Shown: positions 49,419 to 58,847, counted from the stretch's first letter. The stretch: DNA of 64,000 nt from Thermoplasmata archaeon (GCA_021792255.1 JAJYUZ010000001.1:192001-256000), one strand, 5' to 3'. Numbers and translations are program-made. Notes: generated by a model not told the origin, from the sequence alone.

Positions 49419-49970
49419 GTGAACCGACGCCTGTTTGTTGCAGTCATCGTTGTACTTTTAGCATGCGTTATCGTAGTCAATAGCCAAGCGTATGCACAGA
49501 CAACAGTCACTTATCCTACCATAAATTACCGCACGTACCAGGGTTATAACATAACAATAACGAACTCGATGTGGAATGATACAGTATATCCGGTGATATA
49601 CAGCGAGAACTTTTCCAACTACAACTGGAAAGATAGCCCATCCAAAAACTACATTCTTTTTGATTACGGGCTCACGGGATTAAATCCGTATGGAGCTGAA
49701 TTCATCGAGGCAATGGAATCCACCGGTAATCTGACCACACATAACGTGACTATCGCCTTCGAAAAAATAGCCCCATTGGATGCAACCGGCACAGGTTACA
49801 CTAATCAACAGAAATTGGATTCTGGTGCTTTGCCGGGATTTTCAAATTCTACACCGACCAGTTTCAATAATCCAAGCGTCAGGTCCCTGTATGGATATAT
49901 ATTTGCTGGAGGAGTCGTAGTTTCCATAGTAGCACTCTACTTCATATTCAACAGGAAGAAAGATGAATGA
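49419..49970 (+). CDS. Small secreted, C-terminally anchored protein
   Basis: Signal peptide (AYA|Q), several N-glycosylation sequons, C-terminal TM helix plus RKK. Confidence 0.7.
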   Translation: MNRRLFVAVIVVLLACVIVVNSQAYAQTTVTYPTINYRTYQGYNITITNSMWNDTVYPVIYSENFSNYNWKDSPSKNYILFDYGLTGLNPYGAEFIEAMESTGNLTTHNVTIAFEKIAPLDATGTGYTNQQKLDSGALPGFSNSTPTSFNNPSVRSLYGYIFAGGVVVSIVALYFIFNRKKDE

Positions 49971-51015
49971 GCTCTCTGGAAGAATCGTTCAAGAGCTTTT
50001 TAAGAAATATTACGAAGATTTAGACTCATTCGGAATCAAACAAATTGAAAAGAGGGAGCTTGCATTTTCCAGTTTCGGAAAGCAGGGAATGGTCAGACAC
50101 ACTTCATTTCCAAGCATGTCGAGCTTGATGGATTACGTCAGAATTAACACCCCTCTTCACTTCTACTACTCCAGTGCCTACTACGACAATCCAGAAGCTA
50201 CGATGGACAATAAGGGATGGAAAGGAGCGGATCTAGTCTTTGATATCGATGGTGACCACATTGAGGGTGCTGACAAAATGAGATATGCAGAAATGCTCTC
50301 CGTTGTCAAACAAGAACTTAAGAAACTTCTCGACCTTCTTACGGACGATCTAAGCGTTGGTAAACAGAACCTAGAAGTAGTATTTTCAGGAAGCAGAGGG
50401 TACCACGTCCATGTCTATTCGATTTTTGCTGCGCTGGAGTCACAAGAGAGAAGGGAGATAGTGGATTATATCTCTGGCAGGTGCATATCTTCGGAGTTTA
50501 GATCCACTACAAGGACCAAGTGGGACGAGAAGATTGAGTCTACAAGAGAAGGCTTATACCAGATTCTTGACTCGCCAGACAAGAAATGGAAACAAGAACT
50601 CGAAGAAGAGACGGGAGAATTAATAGGAGATTTTGGAAAGAGGGAGATAAGAAAGGGAGGTTATATCGATAGAAATGCGAAAAAGTTAGCCGTGAAGAGG
50701 TACGCATCAAAGATCGATGAGCCCGTCACAATAGACGTCCATAGGTTGATTCGTACTCCCGGAAGTCTTCACGGGAAATCTGGGTTAGTTGTAAAGATTC
50801 TGCCGTACGAACAGGTCGATAATTTCGATCCTCTAACAGATGCGATACCTCGAGTATTCAGGGACGAGATCGAAGTCAATATTACCAAGAAAGTCTCGTT
50901 GGATTTCTTGGGAGCCAAACAGGAAGTCCAAGAGGGAAGGACTGTCCTGCCCACCTATGCCGTACTGTATTCCGTTCTCAAAGGCGCGGCAGAGTTCGTC
51001 GAACCAACCAAATGA
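49963..51015 (+). CDS. priS: DNA primase small (catalytic) subunit
   Basis: Motifs KREL, DLVFDID, FSGSRGYH and IDEPVT.D.HRLIR.PGSLH. Confidence 0.95.
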   Translation: MNELSGRIVQELFKKYYEDLDSFGIKQIEKRELAFSSFGKQGMVRHTSFPSMSSLMDYVRINTPLHFYYSSAYYDNPEATMDNKGWKGADLVFDIDGDHIEGADKMRYAEMLSVVKQELKKLLDLLTDDLSVGKQNLEVVFSGSRGYHVHVYSIFAALESQERREIVDYISGRCISSEFRSTTRTKWDEKIESTREGLYQILDSPDKKWKQELEEETGELIGDFGKREIRKGGYIDRNAKKLAVKRYASKIDEPVTIDVHRLIRTPGSLHGKSGLVVKILPYEQVDNFDPLTDAIPRVFRDEIEVNITKKVSLDFLGAKQEVQEGRTVLPTYAVLYSVLKGAAEFVEPTK

Positions 51016-51049
51016 AATATTTAATTAGTTTGTGAACATATCCAGAGCA

Positions 51050-51283
51050 ATGGGAGCCATTAGGCCAACGCTGGTCAAAACGGTTGCAAGGCAAGTATAC
51101 GACGAGTACGAGCAATATTTGGGGAAGGACTTTACTCACAATAAAGAGATAGTTGACAAAGTCATACCAGACGCATCGAAGAAACTCAGGAACCTGGTGG
51201 CTGGCTACGTCACAACATACTGGAAAACAAAGAAGATACCAAGAAAGAGAAAGGAAGTTGAAACCGAAGATTTTTCTATTTAA
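51050..51283 (+). CDS. rps17e: 30S ribosomal protein S17e (probable start ATG 51050)
   Basis: MGAIRP...DF.HNK...SKKLRNLVAGYVT. Confidence 0.93.
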   Translation: MGAIRPTLVKTVARQVYDEYEQYLGKDFTHNKEIVDKVIPDASKKLRNLVAGYVTTYWKTKKIPRKRKEVETEDFSI

Positions 51284-52050
51284 ATTTCGGGTAATCCCAG
51301 TTTTTCCCTCAGAGTAAAGATCAGATGAACTGACTTATCATTTTTGATCACATCGTGCATCACGTACCTTTTCTTTTCAAGAGAAAGGATGGCGTTCCTC
51401 AGAGAGAATCTCCATTTCCTGGCCAAATCTATGTCATCGCTGCCAAGATTTGAGAGTAGTTCCAACGCGAGTGAGTCTCCTCCGACATCAATCCCCTTCC
51501 AGGGACTGGGATATTCTGTTATCCTTGCTACAACGTCATAGTTTTTGACTGGGACTTTCTTCCTGTCCAAAAACTTGTGCGCCTCAATTCTGTCTGATTC
51601 CACCCCCGCGTTCTCTTTAGACTCCATTACACCATAATAATTGAGTTTATAATCGAAAGCGTAGGCTCCAAGCTTATGGACGTTGAAAAAGGAATTCCTA
51701 GCTTTCATAGGATCAAATGTCCAGCGCACTTCTGAGTAACCCATTGACTTGGCCACTTCAAACTGGTGCATCTTTATTTCATATCCTACATTCTTGTCTC
51801 GGTACTCTTTGAGAACTCCTGCCATGTGCGAATAGAGGTATCTATAATTCCCGTCCGCCCCGGGGAAAGCAAGGCTAAAACCAATTACTTTTTCATCCTC
51901 TTTTGCGACCTCTACTAGTCCACCATTGTTGTTGATAGCCGTAAGCAGAGTTACGGGAGCAGGAGATTCTCCGACCATACCCCATATCACTCTTTGGATA
52001 CTTTCGACAGTCTTGTAATCTTCGACCGTAGTGGCCCTTCTGATCTCCAT
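51280..52050 (-). CDS. GNAT family acyltransferase (COG3375-like)
   Basis: Motifs LYSHMAGV, YRDKNVG, WTFDP..RN..FN..KLG, NYYG and SDR. Confidence 0.8.
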   Translation of the reverse strand: MEIRRATTVEDYKTVESIQRVIWGMVGESPAPVTLLTAINNNGGLVEVAKEDEKVIGFSLAFPGADGNYRYLYSHMAGVLKEYRDKNVGYEIKMHQFEVAKSMGYSEVRWTFDPMKARNSFFNVHKLGAYAFDYKLNYYGVMESKENAGVESDRIEAHKFLDRKKVPVKNYDVVARITEYPSPWKGIDVGGDSLALELLSNLGSDDIDLARKWRFSLRNAILSLEKKRYVMHDVIKNDKSVHLIFTLREKLGLPEI

Positions 52051-52080
52051 TTTGATGAGAATGCACCCTTACTTAAATTT

Positions 52081-53877
52081 TTAACTAGGGTCACTCGACT
52101 TCAAGCGGTTCTTGACCGCTATGCCTCTCTGAAACTCAATCATTTCGTCTCTGTTCAGGACCGCCCTTCCGTAAGATAGTAAATTGTCATCTCTATCAAC
52201 CACAATGACCTCATCGTGCGGTCTGATCGATGCATCGGCGTCGTCTACAAATTTTGCAAAAATATTCTTACCTTCCTTGACAAAATCGACGACCTCAGAG
52301 TCTATTACTACTCTGTGTGAAGGGTAGTCAAAATTAGAATGAATGAGTAAAGCCCCATCGTAATTCAAACTGAAAAGTCCATCAGATGCTCTGAGCGCAA
52401 GTATCGGTTTGCTTTCATAGAGAATATTCCTTATTTTGCCGGTGTTCTTGCTCCTTTGGAGGGTTATCCTCTCCCTGTCAAGGAATGAATAAAGCTCCCT
52501 GCCAAATTGATACTTGAAGATGTAATTAACTTTGCTGATAAGATACTCTTTCCATTCAGGTCTTTCAAATTTTGTAATGTCCTTTGAAGTATCATAATAC
52601 TCACCCGGAAATAGAGACTGAGCGACTGGATATGTTTCATCCATAAACATGGAAACGGTCCCGAATTGACTTTGCACGAATTCCGTTGGTTTCTCGACAT
52701 AGTAGGAAAAAGGCTTCTTGCTAATCGTGACCCCGGTCTGCTCAAGAGTGGCTTCTGACTTGAATCTCCGTATATCAGGGCGATTTAGAGTCTCTTCCCC
52801 CGAAAAAAAGACTGGTGACTTTCTAGAATGCGGCTCAAATTTCTCAAGGTACTCGTAAAATTCTTGTATTTTTCTGTAAGCTTCCAATAATAGAGGGTGG
52901 GCATGGGCACGATACTCGGCGAAGTTCCACATGTTTTCCGTTTTTATCTGCTGTCTTATGTTATCGAGTTCCTTCACGGAGACATATAGATTGTGCATTC
53001 CGATTATACTGATCCTTTCCTCCTCTCCAACCTTTGCCAGTTCTTTGGCCGTATATCTATCGAAATAAGGCGAAGCTGGTAATTCGTCCGCAAAGGAATC
53101 TAGTTCCACAGTACCTGTTTCCGTCAGAATTCTATTATCTCTTGCGTACTTGATATATGCAGATGAGTCAATAACGTCCACTCCCATCAAGAATAGAATC
53201 GGAAAAAACATTGGATGGCCAGCTCCAAATGCGTGAATCACACTGTTACTCTTTAGATTCATTTTGGAGTTCAAAATTGATTCCGCAACTTTGGAATACA
53301 TGTATCTCTCCATAAGAGGAACTATCCCCCCGATGGGAAAATATTGACTCTCAAGCGACCCCATCATCCTCGCACTTGCCCGTCTTAAATCCGGATACAT
53401 GCCTCCCTGAATGGGCAAGGCCACACATTTTCTTGTTTCAGATATTGCTTCTCTTCCTCTTCTGAAATTCTCTTCAATATCTCCCTCTATCTTTTCCCTT
53501 GAGTGATCCATCTCGGAGAAAATATCTCTAATTGTGATAATGTCTGAATTTATGTTTTCCTGGTATTTCACCATCTCGAGATTTCCTGCTTTCAGTTCTC
53601 CATACATGTGTTCCTGGAATGTCCCAGAGTCAGTCATTATCAACCCGGGAAAATCCAACAGATCGTGAACGTCTTTGCCTCCTTCGTAGCCTCCTTTCTT
53701 TAGGATATATGAGTTAGTAATTACGCCATTAAGCTTCATCTGCTTTGCTACGGAAATCCAAGGTTCAGACTTAAAGGGATGAATTACGGGAAGAAGAGCT
53801 GGCGTTACAATTTTTTTCCCGTCAATTTCCAGTTCTCCAACCCTAGCTAAACCATCTCTGTGAAGAATCTGGAACAT
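52081..53877 (-). CDS. tgtA: Archaeosine tRNA-guanine(15) transglycosylase
   Basis: Motifs ITNSYI, TDSGTFQ, PIQGG, HAFGAGHP and DSSAY; C-terminal PUA domain. Confidence 0.93.
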   Translation of the reverse strand: MFQILHRDGLARVGELEIDGKKIVTPALLPVIHPFKSEPWISVAKQMKLNGVITNSYILKKGGYEGGKDVHDLLDFPGLIMTDSGTFQEHMYGELKAGNLEMVKYQENINSDIITIRDIFSEMDHSREKIEGDIEENFRRGREAISETRKCVALPIQGGMYPDLRRASARMMGSLESQYFPIGGIVPLMERYMYSKVAESILNSKMNLKSNSVIHAFGAGHPMFFPILFLMGVDVIDSSAYIKYARDNRILTETGTVELDSFADELPASPYFDRYTAKELAKVGEEERISIIGMHNLYVSVKELDNIRQQIKTENMWNFAEYRAHAHPLLLEAYRKIQEFYEYLEKFEPHSRKSPVFFSGEETLNRPDIRRFKSEATLEQTGVTISKKPFSYYVEKPTEFVQSQFGTVSMFMDETYPVAQSLFPGEYYDTSKDITKFERPEWKEYLISKVNYIFKYQFGRELYSFLDRERITLQRSKNTGKIRNILYESKPILALRASDGLFSLNYDGALLIHSNFDYPSHRVVIDSEVVDFVKEGKNIFAKFVDDADASIRPHDEVIVVDRDDNLLSYGRAVLNRDEMIEFQRGIAVKNRLKSSDPS

Positions 53878-53919
53878 CTATCAATTCAAATTAAAAAATC
53901 AATGGTAGGTGGTGTACAC

Positions 53920-54201
53920 CTACTTCTTTAGGATAATTTCTATCGAGGAAACGTTGCTTTCTCCGTCTTCTCTCTGGACCTTTTCTGTTGCGATCTTTAT
54001 ATCCTGATACTTTACTTGGGTCTTCATCATTGATTCCATTCTGTTCCTCACAATTTCAGCAACATCTACCGCCCTCTTAATTGCCATTCCTCTGGCCTTT
54101 ATTGAGACTTCGTTTGCTCCGTTTGTAAAGAGCATTATTGTACTAAAAACGTAGTTTTCCGTTGGTTTTTTCCCGATGAAAATAGTGTTATTATCAGCCA
54201 C
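53920..54201 (-). CDS. albA: DNA/RNA-binding protein Alba (probable start GTG 54201)
   Basis: Motifs IFIGKKP..NYV, KARG.AI.RAVDVAE and VSSIEI; GGTGA RBS. Confidence 0.95.
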   Translation of the reverse strand: MADNNTIFIGKKPTENYVFSTIMLFTNGANEVSIKARGMAIKRAVDVAEIVRNRMESMMKTQVKYQDIKIATEKVQREDGESNVSSIEIILKK

Positions 54202-54235
54202 GCGTATCACCAGGATTGTCCAAGTATCAAATAAT

Positions 54236-54249
54236 ATTTAAGACTTTCC
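54236..54249 (-). promoter_or_regulatory. Putative BRE/TATA promoter of albA
   Basis: Minus-strand GGAAAGTCTTAAATA lies about 35-48 nt upstream of the albA start. Confidence 0.5.
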
Positions 54250-54274
54250 GTACAACCGAGTGTGGGACAATATT

Positions 54275-55282
54275 CTAGGTTCTTCCAATCTGGAATAGGT
54301 TGTGCCACACTCCCATACTAGAGAGAGCACAATCTATTCTGTCGTTCCTCTTCTGTGAGACGCTCCATCCCAGCATCTTCTTGTCAGCAGAGAATGCCGA
54401 TTCCGAATTGCTCCTCTTGTGATATTCCTCCATATAGGAAGGAGTGTTTAGAATGAACTCCTTCATGGTCTCCCTCCACTTTAGTGGACCGTTCAGTGTA
54501 GCATTCTTTTTGGGGATTATGTATACGTCTGTGCCCTTGAACTCTTCAACGTACGATGGATAGGAGTAATAGCGATCCAATCTTATGCTGTTCAGATGTA
54601 CGTCTATGGACTTGAGCATCGTTATGGCCTTCAGATAGGCATCCTTTTCTGATCTTGTGGATGAACCATACGCAATGTACATCTTGGTCCCTAGATCCAT
54701 GAGGCGGAAAGTGAATGCGAAGCACTTCATCTTCCTTCCGTCGCTGGACTGTTCCTTGGCCTTCTCCCTCCTCTCCTTTGCGAATGAGTTGTACTGTTTC
54801 GTTATTGTGAGGGAATAGCCAGTCCCGTCGCCAGTCGCATCCGATTGCTCTAATCCCTTCCGTCTCAGCATAATGGTGTGGAGGTTTAATAGCGCAATCA
54901 TCACCCTCTCGTCTGAGTACAGTCTCTCTATACTTTTGTAGCTCACCCTCACTCCGGAGAGCATGGAAAATATCGCTAACATGTTGGAGAACATCCTGTT
55001 GGACCCTCCAACAAGCTGCTTTATCAGGAGTAGCTTCACTTTCTGCTCAAGGGCCAATGTGCCAGGTTTCCCTGGTCCCTTTGCTATCTTGATGGAGGAT
55101 ACAGCTTCCCTTATCAGGGGATCGAGTGACGTTATTGCCTTCTATATCCTGTAGGAGAACTCCTGTTAGTAAGTCCTCCAGTCCCTATCCTTGACTGGAT
55201 GTTCTATCTTATACCTCTTCCTTAGAACTGATTCAAGCTCCTCTAGCTTGTATTTGATGTAAACATCAAATACCCTGAGCAC
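54275..55282 (-). pseudogene. DDE transposase interrupted by two in-frame stop codons
   Basis: The frame from GTG 55282 reads ...RDWRTY*QEFSYRI*KAITSLDPLI..., with TAA at 55168-55166 and TAG at 55144-55142. The downstream DGTG, LDRYY and R...ES.FS motifs are intact. Confidence 0.85.
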
Positions 55283-55335
55283 AACAGTCAATATAACAAA
55301 GGGTTAAATAGTTATCTATAGATATCCATGTAACA

Positions 55336-55530
55336 ATGGTGAGAATGCTGGAGCTCAACAAGGGTAAACTGGTTCTGAGTGAGGATGAGGTAGAGGGTTT
55401 TCTTGAGAGAACTGTCACTCCCATAGGGATGTCAGGCAAGGCTGACGTTCCAAGACGCTACATAGGGAGGAGGGTCTACGTAATAATCACGAAGAACGTC
55501 GGCACTTTGCAGGGTAGAGGTAAAACATAA
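55336..55530 (+). CDS. DUF2080-like transposase-associated small protein
   Basis: ERTVTPIGMSGKADVPRRYIGRRVYVII (AbrB-like); lies inside the IS, divergent from the transposase. Confidence 0.85.
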   Translation: MVRMLELNKGKLVLSEDEVEGFLERTVTPIGMSGKADVPRRYIGRRVYVIITKNVGTLQGRGKT

Positions 55531-55816
55531 TATTGTCCCACACTCCGTACAACCAATTAAGATTGATGAATATAGTGTCCAGACAGCTACTCATAGCGCA
55601 TCAAGGAAACAAAAAGGTGGCACTGATCCAGCTGACAAGCAAAAAATGAACTAACCCAAATTTAATTCTCGAATGTTCTAAAAGCTTCGAAATTTCAGCT
55701 AGAAAATTTAATTCAGTAATTTTGTAAGCATATTCAGGATAACGTCATTAAGTATTATGCGTATATAAAGAAAGTAATTAAGGTAAATTATAAGTATGAG
55801 CTTATCCTAGCCGCTT

Positions 55817-56035
55817 ATGGCGACGGATAAGAAGTATACGACCGTTTCTTTGCCTACTCCGCTATTCGAAAAAATTCAAGAAAAAATAAAGGGAACCGGC
55901 TTTACATCGGTCAGCGATTATGTTACTTTTGTGCTTAGAGAAATTCTTACTCACGGGAGCGATCAGGAAGCCTTCAATGCAGAAGACGAGAAGAAGGTAA
56001 AGGACAGGTTAAGATCCCTTGGATATCTGGACTAG
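55817..56035 (+). CDS. CopG/RHH regulator with a C-terminal LRSLGY motif
   Basis: RHH pattern YTTVSLP..L...I....GFTSVSDYV..VLRE, followed by EDEKKVKDRLRSLGYLD. Confidence 0.85.
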   Translation: MATDKKYTTVSLPTPLFEKIQEKIKGTGFTSVSDYVTFVLREILTHGSDQEAFNAEDEKKVKDRLRSLGYLD

Positions 56036-56044
56036 GTGGGTTAG

Positions 56045-57433
56045 ATGAAAGTAGCAGTAATTGGACTAGACTGTGCCGCTCCAGATATAATTTTCAATAA
56101 GCTCAAGGCAGATCTACCGAACCTTGCTAAAATGATAAATAATGGAGTTTCGGGTAAACTGCGAAGTTGCGATCCTCCGATCACAGTCCCAGCATGGATG
56201 GTTATGGCGACTGGAAGATCTCCCGGAGAGCTGGGTCTCTACGGTTTTAGGTCAAGAATGTCAAACTCTTACAATGGAATAAAGATACCAACTTCACAAG
56301 ACATCAAGTTTGATAAAGTGTGGGACATACTTGGCAAGAGGAACAAAAAAAGCATTATTGTCGCTGTTCCACCATCTTATCCTCCACGACCCTTACCGGG
56401 CTTGATGGTTTCAGATTTTCTGACCCCTGATAAAGACAAGGAGTTCACCTACCCTCCTGGGTTGAAGAACGAGATTCTTAGAGACTTCCCGGATTACCAA
56501 TTTGATGTAAAATTCAGGAAACCAGAGAAGAAAAAGATCATCGATGAAATATATAAGATGACAGACACGAGATTTAGGATGACAGAGAAGATGTTGAAGG
56601 AAAAAGAATGGGACTTCTTCTTCATGGTCGAAATAGGAATAGACAGAATCCATCACTCTTTTTGGAGATACATTGATGAAGGGAGCCACCTCTACGAAAA
56701 TGACAAAGAAATGAAGGACAAGTTCATTTCTTACTTCAAGATGGTCGATTCCCATATCGGCAAGATGCTGGAAGAATTTGATGATGACACAGTAGTGCTG
56801 GTTGTTTCTGATCACGGCGCAAAGCGCATGAAAGGGGCGTTTGCAATAAATCAGTGGCTCATCAAAGAAGGATATCTCAAGCTCAAAGGTGGTACAATAA
56901 GTCAGGGAGCTTCCCTAGAAGACTTGGAGGTTGACTGGGCACACTCTAAGGCATGGGCCTGGGGAGGTTATTATGCGAGAGTCTTCCTGAACATAAAAGG
57001 AAGGGAGCCCGAAGGGGTAATCGAGAAAGAAAATGTGAGGAAAGAATTGGATCTTTTAAAGGAAAAACTGGGATCTATACGGGGGCCAAATGGAGAAGAA
57101 TGGAAGACGATAGTTTTTGAACCTGAGGAAAGATATGACGTCGTAAACGGAGACAGATCAGACCTTTTTGTTTACCTTGACGACCTAAGCTGGAGGGCAG
57201 CCGGTACTCTCGGGTACGGTACAGACTTCCTGCTTGAAAACGATACCGGACCAGATGACGCAGTCCACGACTACGACGGAATTTACATAATGTATAGGAA
57301 GAACAGGAAGATTGGCAAGGTCATAGACTCTAGCATTTTTCAGATTGCTCCAACGATTCTGGAAATATATAGAGTCAGGAAAACTTACGGAATAAAGGGC
57401 AAACCTTTGGAAGGTGTGGAATATGTCGAGTGA
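56045..57433 (+). CDS. Alkaline-phosphatase-superfamily (type I phosphodiesterase/NPP, COG3379-like) enzyme
   Basis: GLDCA, PPITVPAW (Thr nucleophile), and metal ligands in DRIHH, SDHG and DAVH. Confidence 0.88.
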   Translation: MKVAVIGLDCAAPDIIFNKLKADLPNLAKMINNGVSGKLRSCDPPITVPAWMVMATGRSPGELGLYGFRSRMSNSYNGIKIPTSQDIKFDKVWDILGKRNKKSIIVAVPPSYPPRPLPGLMVSDFLTPDKDKEFTYPPGLKNEILRDFPDYQFDVKFRKPEKKKIIDEIYKMTDTRFRMTEKMLKEKEWDFFFMVEIGIDRIHHSFWRYIDEGSHLYENDKEMKDKFISYFKMVDSHIGKMLEEFDDDTVVLVVSDHGAKRMKGAFAINQWLIKEGYLKLKGGTISQGASLEDLEVDWAHSKAWAWGGYYARVFLNIKGREPEGVIEKENVRKELDLLKEKLGSIRGPNGEEWKTIVFEPEERYDVVNGDRSDLFVYLDDLSWRAAGTLGYGTDFLLENDTGPDDAVHDYDGIYIMYRKNRKIGKVIDSSIFQIAPTILEIYRVRKTYGIKGKPLEGVEYVE

Positions 57434-57959
57434 AAAAGGATTCGTACTATGGTTCACTGGCCTGCCTGGAGCAGGCAAGACCACATTAGCAGAAAGAATT
57501 AAAACGATCTTCACGGAGAAAGGGATGAAGGTCGAAATTCTGGACGGGGATGAAATAAGAAAGGGCCTGTCACGTGATCTTGGCTTCTCAAAAGAGGACA
57601 GGGAAAAACACAACGAAAGAGTGATTTTTGTTGCAAAGCTGCTCTCTAGAAATGGAGTTGTGACTCTGGTACCACTTATATCTCCATACAGAGAAGTCAG
57701 GGCTGAGGCCAGGAAGGAGATTTCGGATTTCGTGGAGGTATATGTTCGCTGTCCACTTGACGTTCTGATCAAGAGAGATCCAAAGGGACTTTACAAAAAA
57801 GCACTCGCTGGAGAAATAAACAATCTTACTGGATTGCAGGACCCATATGAGGAACCTATCTCACCCGAAATGATAATAGATTCCAATACTGAGACTGTCG
57901 AGGAGAGTGTAAGTTCGATAATGAGTTACCTAAAATCCAGGGGTCTGACCAATCACTAG
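57423..57959 (+). CDS. cysC: Adenylyl-sulfate kinase (probable start ATG 57423)
   Basis: Motifs WFTGLPGAGKTT, LDGD, LGFSKEDR, ISPY, RDPKGLY and DPYEEP. Confidence 0.95.
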   Translation: MSSEKGFVLWFTGLPGAGKTTLAERIKTIFTEKGMKVEILDGDEIRKGLSRDLGFSKEDREKHNERVIFVAKLLSRNGVVTLVPLISPYREVRAEARKEISDFVEVYVRCPLDVLIKRDPKGLYKKALAGEINNLTGLQDPYEEPISPEMIIDSNTETVEESVSSIMSYLKSRGLTNH

Positions 57960-58250
57960 ACCAATTATGATTTATCTGAGCGGCCAGAATTCAAGTTTTA
58001 TTCAATAGACACCATAATAAGTCTTCGATATATTGGTGTGGCAAGGGGCATAAGCTGTTCTTAATAAATCAAGGTTCAAGACGATCCCTCCTCACTCAAG
58101 TGATTTTAGTAGACCTTCTTCGGCCCCAATAGTATAAGCCTATGAGAAAAATGTCTTTTAATGCTCGATAATCACGAAAAAAATTCCAGGAATTCAGCAA
58201 CTATATAGACAATATTCATTAACTTATAATTTATTATACAATGTAATGTC

Positions 58251-58847
58251 ATGAAAACCGGAAGAGAGACTGAATGGGTAAGGGTAACAGTCGTGATACT
58301 CATCATAATGATCGCAGCACTTTTCTCAGGCTTGGCGTACTCAAACTCAAGAACATACAGTCTGACTCTTGTTGTAGCCCCGGTTGCATCAGGAGGTTAC
58401 GCGGGTAATCAATTCGCTTTTTATGTTCTCGTCAACGGTAAATTAAGCAACTCTTCAGACATCGTTCTACCTTCGAATACGCTCATCAAGATTACCATAT
58501 TCGAACACGCCACGGACCTCTCGCCACCATTTGTAGATTCTGCACACGACGTTTTGGGTACACAGTTCAACAGAATGATGCTCTTCAGTAACGTCATAGG
58601 ACCAACTTCGCTAAATAAAGTACCAGATCTTTCAAGCGGTAGATATGTGATGCAGGTGAGTCCTAATGACCTTTCCGATACGTTCTCGATAAGCAATGGA
58701 GTCAACATCCCGGTCCCACCGTCATCAGTCGTAATAGCTTACATAACGTTCAATTCGCCGGGAACTTATAGCTGGGGAGACATGTGTAACTGCGGACCAT
58801 CGATGGACGTTCAAGGAGAAATGTACGGAAATCTGACTGTCGTATAA
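58251..58847 (+). CDS. Membrane-anchored cupredoxin-fold-like protein
   Basis: N-terminal TM helix; C-terminal F..PGTY.W..C.C....M....M.G.LTV pattern typical of cupredoxin ends. Confidence 0.55.
   Translation: MKTGRETEWVRVTVVILIIMIAALFSGLAYSNSRTYSLTLVVAPVASGGYAGNQFAFYVLVNGKLSNSSDIVLPSNTLIKITIFEHATDLSPPFVDSAHDVLGTQFNRMMLFSNVIGPTSLNKVPDLSSGRYVMQVSPNDLSDTFSISNGVNIPVPPSSVVIAYITFNSPGTYSWGDMCNCGPSMDVQGEMYGNLTVV

Larger units (their letters stand above)
54258..55545. mobile_element. ISA1214-like insertion sequence, 1288 bp
   Basis: Perfect 17-bp terminal IRs GAGTGTGGGACAATATT (54258-54274) and AATATTGTCCCACACTC (55529-55545); 9-bp direct repeat CGTACAACC at 54249-54257 and 55546-55554; divergent transposase and DUF2080-like ORF inside. 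Confidence 0.93.
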
